Of a stretch of 64,000 nucleotides of DNA, positions 9,766-18,047 are shown in pieces; the stretch's first letter is position 1, and every line of letters begins with the position of its first letter. The stretch spans positions 17,826 to 81,825 of the forward strand of contig JAFSTA010000168.1 in NCBI GenBank assembly GCA_017450695.1, given 5' to 3'. Source of the DNA: Kiritimatiellia bacterium (GTDB lineage: Bacteria > Verrucomicrobiota > Kiritimatiellia > RFP12 > UBA1067). Under the pieces are notes generated by a model. The model worked only from the letters and a program-made list of their open reading frames with translations, was not told the origin of the DNA and made no database searches. The position numbers and the translations under genes are program-made.

Positions 9766-11805
9766 CAGCCTTTGGAAGGAGCGGGGAGGGATGGTGCCGC
9801 TTTGGTTGCGGTACCGCCAGGTGCGGGGTTCGGGTGTCGGGTTGCAGAGGAAGAGGGCGGTTTTGCCGTCGGGCGTTTTCCAGGCGGAGTGGATGACGGC
9901 GGGAAGGCGGCGGACCTCCGTTTTCATCAGCGCCTCTTTCGTGAAGATCATCCGCTGGCAGAACGAGACGTCGATCTCGTCGCAGGAGAATCCTTCGGGC
10001 GTGAGCATCTCGCCGTCGTAGAGGTAGGCCAGGTTGGCGTGGTAGAAACGCGCCGCCTCCAGCAGGAAATCGCGGACGGGCGCGTGGCGCGGGTCGGTGA
10101 AGATTTCCATTTTCACGTTGCAGACCATCGGCTGGCATCCCCAGATCACGGTGCGTCCCAGCTCGTAGTAGAACTGCACGGGATAGAGCGCGTTCCAATC
10201 CCGCTCGGCCTTCCATTTGTCTTCGGGCGGCCAGAGCGGATCCCACGGCATCGTGCCGTCGGGATGCGCGTAGTTCCCGAAGAGCGCATACCCGTGTCCG
10301 TGGTGGACGGCGGGAAAAACGGGGTAGATTCTGCCGAGCCATCCGCCCATCCGCTCGTTCGAGATCGTGTTGCAGACGATGCTCGCGTCGAAGAGATCCA
10401 GATAGGCTTCGGAGGCGAACTCGGTGCTGAGAACCAGATTCGGATGACGCGCCTTGATGGAACGGATGAAGGCGCGGTATCCCTCCGCCTGATAGTTCCC
10501 GTATCCCTTGATGTGGCGGTGCGCGGGATTGTAGCAGGCGTTGAGCGTCGCCCCTCCGATCATGTCCGTGTAAACCCCGTCGAGTCCCGTCGCGGCCAGC
10601 TTGTCGATCACCGCGCCCAGCCGGTTGAAGAACACGGTGTTCTCGCCGCACATGGTGACCAGTTCGTGCCGGTTGTACTTGTTGAAGACATGGCCGGCGA
10701 TCTTGCCGTCCTTCTTCACCACCGCGCTCTTCTCCGCGTCGGGGCACCAGCTCGCCGTGTTGCGGTCCCAGCACACGCCGTTGACGTAAACCTGCGCGTA
10801 AACCCCGTTCCGGTGGAGGTCGGCGACCGCTGCCCGGAACGCCTCTTCCCCTTCGCGAGGGGGCCAGAAATCGGGATAGTCCGTGTCATACGGATTGTGG
10901 TGCCACCAATACCAGTCGAGCGCGACGGGAATCTCCTTGCCGAGTCGTTTTTGGAGTTCCAGAACCGGAGGCACCACGTTGGTGATCGCACCCCGGTTCC
11001 ACACCCAGAGTCCGATGTTGCGGAGTTTGTCGGGCGTGGTTTTCGGACGGCTCCACTCCTGCTTCGCGCTCCATTTCTTGTAGTCCTGCGCCACGCCGAA
11101 CCAGCCGTCTTCCGTCGGTTTGTATCCGTAACGGTAGGGGACTTTGCCGCTCTCCGGTACGGAGTCACCCTGTCCCGGATGATACAACCCGCTGACAACC
11201 AAAGCACCTTTCTCCTTTGTGAGCCGGAAGCATTTGCCCGCATACCGTTCCGTGTCGCGCAGGTGCAAGCCGACGGTCAGGGTGTCGGTTACGGTCGCCG
11301 CCAAAACCGGGACGCCGGACACGACGGGGAAATTCTTCGTCCCCTTCGTCAACGTGCCGCCGTGTCCGATGCAGTATCCGCCGAAGACATACGGCACGTC
11401 CGGCCGGTTCGACGGGAACCGAAGTTGCGGAAAGACGATCTCCCGGACAAAAGCCCTGTGTTCAAATCCCGAATAGGAGAATTCGCCGAGCCAGACGCCT
11501 TGCTCGTCTTTGCGCCATTCGACATGGACGGAAAAGGTGTTGCCGCTCTGCCACGTAACATCCAACCGGTTTTCCTCCTCCTCCCGGTGGGTGATCGAAA
11601 GGTCGGTGTCGCGAATGACCTTGCCGTCCTCCAAAACGAGCTGCCACTTCTCGTAGCTTTCTTGGAATGCCTGGTCGAGACATGCGCGGGTAATCGGCGC
11701 GGACGGCTTGCCCGCGTCGGGCGCTTGCGCGACCGCACCAAACGGAACGAACCAAGAGAACGCCGCGCAGAGAGATAAGACGGCAAACAAAGAACAGTTT
11801 TTCAT
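9751..11805 (-). CDS. Secreted putative glycoside hydrolase, family unassigned (possibly DUF6259-like TIM barrel)
   Basis: Long ORF. Start chosen at ATG 11805 (MKNCSLFAVLSLCAAFSWFVPFGAVAQA) preceded by GGAGGAG. The Trp/Tyr/Asp-rich core (DWYWWHHNPYDTDYPDFWPP) sits in a glycan-enzyme neighbourhood. The product assignment is weak. Confidence 0.55.
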   Translation of the reverse strand: MKNCSLFAVLSLCAAFSWFVPFGAVAQAPDAGKPSAPITRACLDQAFQESYEKWQLVLEDGKVIRDTDLSITHREEEENRLDVTWQSGNTFSVHVEWRKDEQGVWLGEFSYSGFEHRAFVREIVFPQLRFPSNRPDVPYVFGGYCIGHGGTLTKGTKNFPVVSGVPVLAATVTDTLTVGLHLRDTERYAGKCFRLTKEKGALVVSGLYHPGQGDSVPESGKVPYRYGYKPTEDGWFGVAQDYKKWSAKQEWSRPKTTPDKLRNIGLWVWNRGAITNVVPPVLELQKRLGKEIPVALDWYWWHHNPYDTDYPDFWPPREGEEAFRAAVADLHRNGVYAQVYVNGVCWDRNTASWCPDAEKSAVVKKDGKIAGHVFNKYNRHELVTMCGENTVFFNRLGAVIDKLAATGLDGVYTDMIGGATLNACYNPAHRHIKGYGNYQAEGYRAFIRSIKARHPNLVLSTEFASEAYLDLFDASIVCNTISNERMGGWLGRIYPVFPAVHHGHGYALFGNYAHPDGTMPWDPLWPPEDKWKAERDWNALYPVQFYYELGRTVIWGCQPMVCNVKMEIFTDPRHAPVRDFLLEAARFYHANLAYLYDGEMLTPEGFSCDEIDVSFCQRMIFTKEALMKTEVRRLPAVIHSAWKTPDGKTALFLCNPTPEPRTWRYRNQSGTIPPRSFQRLLAGS

Positions 11806-11857
11806 GTTGGAAATCTCCTCCTTTTGATACCACATTCTAGCCCGCCAACAAGTCGAG

Positions 11858-12454
11858 ACGCTTCGCGGCTAAGTGCCCCTACGGGGCTAAGTGCGCTTCG
11901 CGGCTAAGTCACTTAGGCGGCGTTAGCCGCCACTTACTTCCTCCACCCATTCCTTGCCTATCAGTTCCGAGTTCTGCGCGGGACGAGACGGCGAGGGCAC
12001 CGTCGCTACGCAGCGGACGCGACGGAGCGCGTCCCAGAACTGGCGGCCATGCCGCCTTTCGTGTTCTTTCGTGTCCTGCGCCAGCGGGTTTTCGTGGTCG
12101 CGCGAAGCGCCACGCGTTGTCTCATGAGGAAATTGACACACCGTCGAAAAGCGACAGGAGTGTCGCTTCTCCGAAGAGAGGGGAAAATTCAATCGCTTCG
12201 CTTGAAATGGTTAAATGGTTAAATTGACGAGGCACAGAAATGCGGAGCGGATCAGACCGATTTAAAGCCGCGCCAGCGGCGATTTAACCATTTAACTATT
12301 TAACCATCCAAAGGTCGCGCGAAGCGCTAGATTCCGTGTGTTCCGTGTATTCCGTGGTTCAAATTGTCCAACAGAGAAAAGTTAAGTCACTTAGGCGGCG
12401 CCAGCCGCCACTTAGGGCGTCAGCCCACTTAGGCGGCATAGCCGCCACTTACAC
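11858..12454. repeat. Mosaic intergenic repeat block (two hairpin arrays, modules A, C, B, D, E)
   Basis: Hairpin arrays at 11858-11940 and 12381-12454. A (reverse) at 11987-12014, C (reverse) at 12013-12035, B (reverse) at 12146-12176. D long-inverted-repeat element at 12181-12312. E at 12331-12374 (ATTCCGTGTGTTCCGTGTATTCCGTGGTTCAAATTGTCCAACAG). Confidence 0.85.
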
Positions 12455-13282
12455 TTATGGTCTCCGCCCATTCCCCGCCTCATCGAACCCGAGGACGGCG
12501 ACGCCGTACTCGCGGGCGGTGGCGAGGATGCGTTCGAGCCATTCCGTTTTCATGTGGATGTGCTTCGCGTCGGGATGGATTCCGTGCGAGGTGAGGACGA
12601 AGACCTCATTCCGTTCGGCGCACCGCCTGAGGCACGCGCAGAGGTCTGCGATGTCGGTGTGGTAGGCCTCACCCGCAATGGCGGTGTCCAGACGGAAACG
12701 CGCGTGCAGTTCCGCCGCTGGAAAGAAGGCGCGGTCTGTCTCGTGTATGGGCCTCAAACCTGCCCGCCTCTCCCCCTTCGGGTCGTAAGGCGTGACGCCC
12801 GACAGTCCCCCGCGCACATGGGCGAAACCATGGGCGCGAAAGAGTTCGTCCGTCTCTTCCGTGCGGCGGCTGTTGGGATAGGCGAATGCCGTTACCGGGA
12901 TTCCCGCCGCACGGCACCCCGCCAGTTGGGGCGCGATCTCCGCCGACCAGTATCCGCTCACTCCGTTTGTGACCACGGCGGCATCCGCATTGAGGTGTTT
13001 CAATCCGTGCAACCCGATGGAATGTCCGTGTGCGCTCAGCTTCTTCAATGTCGTCGCCGCCTCTCCCTTGATCGGTCCGGTGACAAAGAACGTGACATGC
13101 GCCCCGTACTTCTCGAACAGGGGGATCGCCGTTTCCCAGTCGCGGAGATTCCTGTCATCGAAGGAGAGGATCAACGCCCCGTGCGTTCGCGCATTCGACC
13201 GTTCTGCCGACAGACAGACGCCCGGAATCGAAAGCGCAAGGAACGCCGTCAACAGCAGAAAGTTATGCGTGAGTCGGATCAT
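12455..13282 (-). CDS. Polysaccharide deacetylase (CE4 / NodB homology domain), secreted
   Basis: 275 aa with a signal peptide, then LILSFDDRNLRDWETAIPLFEKYGAHVTFFVTG and HGHSIGLHGLKH, which is the NodB-type motif pattern. Confidence 0.8.
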   Translation of the reverse strand: MIRLTHNFLLLTAFLALSIPGVCLSAERSNARTHGALILSFDDRNLRDWETAIPLFEKYGAHVTFFVTGPIKGEAATTLKKLSAHGHSIGLHGLKHLNADAAVVTNGVSGYWSAEIAPQLAGCRAAGIPVTAFAYPNSRRTEETDELFRAHGFAHVRGGLSGVTPYDPKGERRAGLRPIHETDRAFFPAAELHARFRLDTAIAGEAYHTDIADLCACLRRCAERNEVFVLTSHGIHPDAKHIHMKTEWLERILATAREYGVAVLGFDEAGNGRRP

Positions 13283-13298
13283 GGTACGCCTCTCGGAA

Positions 13299-14264
13299 CT
13301 ATCGGTGCAGTCGTTGGCGTTGCTGCATCTCGCGCAGGTTGTAGTTGCTCGCGCCTTTCCTCTGCGCCATCTGCAACAAGCGGATTGCCGTGTTGGTGTC
13401 GAGTGTGAAATTGGCGGAGACCGTCTCGTGCTTGCTCTTCAGCTTGGCGCGGGAAAGCAATTCCGCCTCTTCCGGATGATCCTTCGCAGTCAGCATCGCC
13501 AGCGCCTGCACTCCCGCCAGCGCCTGCTTGAGGACCTGCGCCTGTTCGGGGGAGGGCGTGATCGCGGAGAATTTCACGTCCATGCGGTCACGCCCCTGGA
13601 TCATCACCGATGCGCCCAGGGCGACAACCGGGTTCAGCAGCTGCATGATGTCGAGCTGGAGTTTCAGCCGCACGGTCGAATCGCACCGCGCCACAATCGC
13701 CCGTCCTGGCTCGCGCTTGAAGACGGGCTGGAAGATGTGCGGGGCCGGTTGCGTGGGAATCAGCTTGTCCAGCGCGTCGAGGTTGGACTTCGCCATCGCG
13801 CGGTTGTTGGTCACCAACGCGAGACCGGGGCGCGGAAACACGACGAAGCGTGTCTGCCCGTTCCCGGCGCGCCAAGACATCACCTCGTACTTCCGGTGGT
13901 TCTCGCTGGCGAATGTCCGCGCCATCTTGAGGGAGTTACGCACTTGCACCGGATTCCATTTTCCCGAGAGCAGGACGAACCATGGGGCGGTTTCGTTGCC
14001 GAGTCCGCCAGCGACAATCTCGTCGAGGTCGTTAACGGGATCCATGCCCAGGAATTCGTTGAACGACGAGCGTTTCCCGTTCGCGAGCTGGAGGTGGTTC
14101 GGCAGCATCTTGTTGAGAAGCGCGAGCGTTATCGGCGCGTTGCGGACTTCCCGCGAATCCAAACGCGTCAGCCAGTGGCAGTTAGCGGGAAGATCCGCCA
14201 GTTCCACTGCGGAGAGCGAAACGGAACACGAGACCAGCGTGAGGATGAGGATTATTTTTTTCAT
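13299..14264 (-). CDS. Hypothetical secreted protein
   Basis: 321-aa ORF with signal peptide MKKIILILTLVSCSVSLSA. It is tightly packed between rlmN and the deacetylase gene (3-nt and 16-nt gaps). No family recognised. Confidence 0.6.
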   Translation of the reverse strand: MKKIILILTLVSCSVSLSAVELADLPANCHWLTRLDSREVRNAPITLALLNKMLPNHLQLANGKRSSFNEFLGMDPVNDLDEIVAGGLGNETAPWFVLLSGKWNPVQVRNSLKMARTFASENHRKYEVMSWRAGNGQTRFVVFPRPGLALVTNNRAMAKSNLDALDKLIPTQPAPHIFQPVFKREPGRAIVARCDSTVRLKLQLDIMQLLNPVVALGASVMIQGRDRMDVKFSAITPSPEQAQVLKQALAGVQALAMLTAKDHPEEAELLSRAKLKSKHETVSANFTLDTNTAIRLLQMAQRKGASNYNLREMQQRQRLHR

Positions 14265-14267
14265 GGC

Positions 14268-15374
14268 TTACTCCTTTCCGCCTTGTGGCGGCAACTCTTC
14301 TTTCAGGCGGCGCAGTCGCAACTGACCGCACGCGGCATCGACATCGCGCCCCCGTGAATTCCGCATCGTCGTCGGAATCCGCGCCTTCATCAGCAGGTCG
14401 AGGAAGGCGAGACAGGCGCGGTTTTCGGGACGGCGTCCGGGGAATCCTTCGACGGGACTGAGGGGAATCAGGTTCACCTTGCAGGGGAGGCGGCGCAGCA
14501 GGGCGATCAACGCCCGCGCGTCCTGCGGCTGGTCGTTCAGCCGGTCGATCAGCGTGTACTCGAAGGTGACCAGTCGTCCTGTCGCCTTCGTGTAGGCGGC
14601 ACAGGCGTCAATCAGTTCGTCCAGGGGCCAGCGGCGGCTGACGGGCATGAGTTCGCGGCGCAGTTCCTGCGTGGGCGCGTGGAGCGAGATGGACAGCTCG
14701 AACTGGAGTCCTTCCGTCGCCAGCCGCTGGATGCCCGGCACGACACCGCAGGAACTGATGGTGATGTGCCTCGCGCCGATGTCCAGTCCCTTCTGGTCGT
14801 TGAGGATTTTCAGCGCCCGCAAGACGTTGTCGTAGTTGTCGAACGGTTCGCCCATTCCCATCACCACGATGTTGGAGGGGCGCGTGTACGTCCCGCTCTG
14901 CGCGGTCAGCAGACGGATACTCTCCATCACCTGCCCGACGATTTCGGCGGAGGTCAGGTCGCGGCGCTTGCCGAGTTGCCCGCTCGCGCAGAACGCGCAC
15001 CGGAACGCGCATCCCGCCTGGGTGGAGATGCACTGCGTCATACGTCCCTTGGAGGGGATCAACACCGTCTCGATCTTCTCGCCATCGGAGGGACAGGCCA
15101 GCAACAGTTTGTTGGTTCCGTCCCGCGAGGGACTCTCCTCCACGAGTTGCATCGGCTCAATCGGGATCTGCTCCGTCAACTCTGCGCGCAGGGTTGTCGG
15201 CAACGTCGTGAACGCGTCCCAGCTCGTCTTCTGTTCGCAGTACAGCCCCTTCATGATTTGGTCGGCGCGGAATTTCGGGAGTTTCCGCACCTCGGTCATC
15301 TCGCGCTGCCAGTCAAGAAGGCCAAGCCCGTAAGCGGATCGTTTCTCGGAAATTGTCTGGAGTGTGTCGGTCAT
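14268..15374 (-). CDS. rlmN: 23S rRNA/tRNA (adenine-C2)-methyltransferase RlmN (radical SAM)
   Basis: Radical-SAM cluster CAFRCAFCASG and C-terminal DVDAACGQL are typical of RlmN/Cfr. Start moved to ATG 15374 (MTDTLQTISEKR), because the 33 upstream codons of the track ORF look non-coding. Confidence 0.9.
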   Translation of the reverse strand: MTDTLQTISEKRSAYGLGLLDWQREMTEVRKLPKFRADQIMKGLYCEQKTSWDAFTTLPTTLRAELTEQIPIEPMQLVEESPSRDGTNKLLLACPSDGEKIETVLIPSKGRMTQCISTQAGCAFRCAFCASGQLGKRRDLTSAEIVGQVMESIRLLTAQSGTYTRPSNIVVMGMGEPFDNYDNVLRALKILNDQKGLDIGARHITISSCGVVPGIQRLATEGLQFELSISLHAPTQELRRELMPVSRRWPLDELIDACAAYTKATGRLVTFEYTLIDRLNDQPQDARALIALLRRLPCKVNLIPLSPVEGFPGRRPENRACLAFLDLLMKARIPTTMRNSRGRDVDAACGQLRLRRLKEELPPQGGKE

Positions 15375-15476
15375 GTGAAGTTCTGATTCTACGTTCTGGT
15401 CATCGGACAAGCGGCTGTCGCCGGCTCCAAGCTGCCAGCCACCGGCTGCCAGCTCCATTCCTGTTTCGTTCATTCG

Positions 15477-16004
15477 TCATCGGGGTTGCCTTGGGGGGAC
15501 GATTCCTTGCGGGTTTGTGTTTCGTTCGTTCAGGTGTTCTTCCTTGATGCCCTGCCGGGGACGGAGCATGGGATCGTATCCGGCCTTCTTTTCGGCCGCC
15601 TGAAATTCCTTGTCGGCGAGATCCGCCGTTCCCTTCACATACGGTTTCCGTTCGGGGGCGATGTCGGGGGGCGCTTGGAAGGTGCAGACCTTGGTCGTCT
15701 TGCGCTGGACATACGACTCGCCTCCCGCCGCGGATTTCGATTCGAACGGGGCGGCGTCCGCCGTGCCGCCTTTCGCGGCGGATTTCCACTCCTGCTCGCG
15801 TCCGGGCGTGTAGGATGTCCCGGTGAAGCTGCGCGAAGAGGCGGAATAGGATTTTCCCTCGAACCGTTTCCCCTCCCGGTCGTCACGCGCCCGGTAGACT
15901 TTGGGAACGAATCGCGTCTCGTCGTGGCTGACCTCGGACTGGGTGGTGCAGGAGAGGGATGAGAAGAGGAGCAGGGCGAGCAACGGTTTGGCGAGTCGCT
16001 TCAT
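15477..16004 (-). CDS. Hypothetical secreted protein or lipoprotein
   Basis: 175 aa with N-terminus MKRLAKPLLALLLFSSLSCTTQS (signal peptide with Cys; imperfect lipobox). The body is low-complexity and charged. ATGA start/stop overlap with the upstream TetR gene. Confidence 0.55.
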   Translation of the reverse strand: MKRLAKPLLALLLFSSLSCTTQSEVSHDETRFVPKVYRARDDREGKRFEGKSYSASSRSFTGTSYTPGREQEWKSAAKGGTADAAPFESKSAAGGESYVQRKTTKVCTFQAPPDIAPERKPYVKGTADLADKEFQAAEKKAGYDPMLRPRQGIKEEHLNERNTNPQGIVPPRQPR

Positions 16005-16603
16005 GGGGTATCCTCCCGCTTGAGCCCTCGGATCGCCAGGCGGATTACCGAAAGCGACTTTTCCAGATCGGCGTTCTGCGAGACGGTCAGGCGCAGGAAT
16101 GCCGATTCGAGCAGGCTGTAGAGTTGTTCGACCGTGAGCGAGACGTGGAGGGGACGGAACTCGCCCTTGCGCATCCCTTCGAGCAGGAGGCGCTGGAGAA
16201 TCCGTTTCAGCCCGATCGTGTGTTTCTCGATCTCCCGCGCCACAGACCGCTTCCCGCGTCCCAGCGTCAGCAGGAAATCGACGATCACGATCAGCAGCGC
16301 CTTTTCGGTGAAGAGCAGCTTGAGCACGGCGGTAAGCAGGCTTTCCAACCGTTCCGCGACCGACGTGCGGACGTGCAACACGTCCTCATACTTGCGGATG
16401 AGTTCGCTCGTCACCTCCCAGATCGCATGGTTGAAGATCGAGAGCTTGTTGTGGAAATACTGGTACAGCGTGGTGCGAGCGATTCCGCAACTGTCGGCAA
16501 TCTTCTGATAGGTGACACCATTGTATCCCTGTTCGGCGAAAAGCCGGATGGACTTTTCGATAATTTCGCGTTTTCTCGCTTCGTGGTCGATTACAATTCC
16601 CAT
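16001..16603 (-). CDS. TetR/AcrR family transcriptional regulator
   Basis: 200 aa. N-terminal HTH region IIEKSIRLFAEQGYNGVTYQKIADSCGIARTTLYQYF matches the TetR_N pattern. Confidence 0.85.
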   Translation of the reverse strand: MGIVIDHEARKREIIEKSIRLFAEQGYNGVTYQKIADSCGIARTTLYQYFHNKLSIFNHAIWEVTSELIRKYEDVLHVRTSVAERLESLLTAVLKLLFTEKALLIVIVDFLLTLGRGKRSVAREIEKHTIGLKRILQRLLLEGMRKGEFRPLHVSLTVEQLYSLLESAFLRLTVSQNADLEKSLSVIRLAIRGLKREDTP

Positions 16604-16639
16604 CTGCGTACCTTTACGGTTTCAGCCACAACGGCAAGT

Positions 16640-16668
16640 ATTTTCGCCGAAAAAAAGCCGCTCGTCAA
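16640..16668 (-). promoter_or_regulatory. Candidate sigma70-type promoter of the TetR-led operon
   Basis: The minus strand reads TTGACG (16668-16663), a 17-nt spacer, then GAAAAT (16645-16640). The -10 element ends 36 nt upstream of the TetR ATG (16603). Sequence match only. Confidence 0.35.
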
Positions 16669-16693
16669 GTGCTAGGTTTTGGGGCAAGGAGAC

Positions 16694-16823
16694 GGGGGCT
16701 TCGCCCCCGAACCCCTGGCGCTTCGCGCCTAAGTCTCTTAGCCCCGCAGGGGCACTTAGAGCCGAAGGCTCACTTAAGCGCGAAACGCCACTTACTTGCC
16801 CCACTGAGGCGGCGTCAGCCGCC
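16694..16823. repeat. Array of six GC-rich mini-hairpins punctuated by TAAGT/ACTTA words
   Basis: The six hairpins are GGGGGC-TTC-GCCCCC, GGCGC-TTC-GCGCC, GCCCC-GCA-GGGGC, GAGCC-GAA-GGCTC, GCG-CGAAA-CGC and GGCGGC-GTCA-GCCGCC. They are separated by TAAGTCTCTTA / ACTTA / ACTTAA / CACTTACTT. The last hairpin (16808-16823) contains the rdgB stop codon in its loop. Confidence 0.85.
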
Positions 16824-17423
16824 GCTTTTGCTAGGCTCCAGCAGGGGAAGCCAGTTTTGCTGGGCGGATTGGAGGGCGCGGGCGCGGTGGGAGATGCGGT
16901 TTTTGATTTCGGGACCGAGTTCCGCGAAAGTCTGGTCGTAGCCGTCGGGTACGAAGAGCGGGTCGTATCCGAAGCCGGTCGCGCCGCGTGGCTCTTCGAT
17001 GATTCGGCCTGGGCAGGAGCCTTGCACCGTCCATTCCCGTCCGTCGGGGGCGCAGAGGGCGATCGCGCAGCGGAAACGCGCGGCGCGGTCCGTCACGCCC
17101 TCCAGGTTGCGCAGCAGCTTCGCGTTGTTCGCCGGGGTGTTGGTGGGTTCGCCCGCGTAGCGCGCGGAATGGACACCCGGTTCGTTGTTCAACGCGCGGA
17201 CTTCGAGGCCGGAGTCGTCCGCGAGCGTCCAGAGTCCGGAGGCGGCGCAGAGCGTCCGCGCCTTTTCCAGGGCGTTCCCCTCGAAGGTGTCGGCGTCTTC
17301 TTCGACATCCTCCGGCAATCCCGGCACCTCATCGGCGGAGACGAGCGTCACCTCCGCCGACTGGAAGATCTCCTTGATTTCCCGTACCTTGTTGGCGTTT
17401 CGTGTGGCTAACAACAGTTTCAT
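16815..17423 (-). CDS. rdgB: Non-canonical purine NTP pyrophosphatase (RdgB/HAM1 family)
   Basis: MKLLLATRNANKVREI..., DDSGLEVRALNNEPGVHSARY, FGYDPLF and KNRISHRARAL are hallmark RdgB motifs. Confidence 0.9.
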   Translation of the reverse strand: MKLLLATRNANKVREIKEIFQSAEVTLVSADEVPGLPEDVEEDADTFEGNALEKARTLCAASGLWTLADDSGLEVRALNNEPGVHSARYAGEPTNTPANNAKLLRNLEGVTDRAARFRCAIALCAPDGREWTVQGSCPGRIIEEPRGATGFGYDPLFVPDGYDQTFAELGPEIKNRISHRARALQSAQQNWLPLLEPSKSGG

Positions 17424-17432
17424 GTGCGTTCC

Positions 17433-18047
17433 TTATGTCAGAGAAAGGTTTTCGACGGTCACGTTTTCCCAGCCGGGGAGGGCGAGGAAGTGTTCCAGCA
17501 GGACGGCGCAGGCGAAGGCGTCGTAGAGGGCGTCGTGCGGGGCGCGGGGCGGCAGGTCGGCGGTCTCTCCCGGCGCGGGACAGAGTTCTTCCAGCCGGGC
17601 GGAGAGCCCCAGGGCGTCGATCACCTGGTCGAGCGACTTGGAGGGCAGCTGCGGGTAGGCGTACCGCGTCAGGTGTAGCGTGTCGATCCAGCTGTCGAAG
17701 CGGTGCATCGGGGCGATCTTCGTCAGGATGGTACGCTCTGTCCCGATGTTGTGCGCGACCAGCGTGCAGTTCGTCACCCACGGGCAGAGTTCGCTCCAGC
17801 TCTCGCGCGGGGTGGGAGAGGCGGCGAGCAGGTCGCGGAGCTGCGCATGGCGTCCGGGGGCGCGGGGGTTGAAGGGACGGTCCGGCGCGATCTGGAAGTA
17901 GCGTTCCCAGTACTCGTCTGCGCGCACCCGGCCGTTCTCCATTCGGACGATCCCCAGTTGCCACGGCTCCAGTTCCCAGCCGGGGACACTCCCCGTGGTC
18001 TCGAAATCGAGGACGGAGAAGTTCGCTTGTCTGGCCAGGTTCAGCAT
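17433..18047 (-). CDS. DEDDh 3'-5' exonuclease (DnaQ/epsilon-like domain protein)
   Basis: ExoI FSVLDFETTG, ExoII LVAHNIGTERTIL and ExoIII HDALYDA. Start moved to ATG 18047 (MLNLARQANF); the upstream part of the track ORF is Arg/Pro-rich. Overlaps the stop of the upstream gene by 7 nt. Confidence 0.8.
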   Translation of the reverse strand: MLNLARQANFSVLDFETTGSVPGWELEPWQLGIVRMENGRVRADEYWERYFQIAPDRPFNPRAPGRHAQLRDLLAASPTPRESWSELCPWVTNCTLVAHNIGTERTILTKIAPMHRFDSWIDTLHLTRYAYPQLPSKSLDQVIDALGLSARLEELCPAPGETADLPPRAPHDALYDAFACAVLLEHFLALPGWENVTVENLSLT

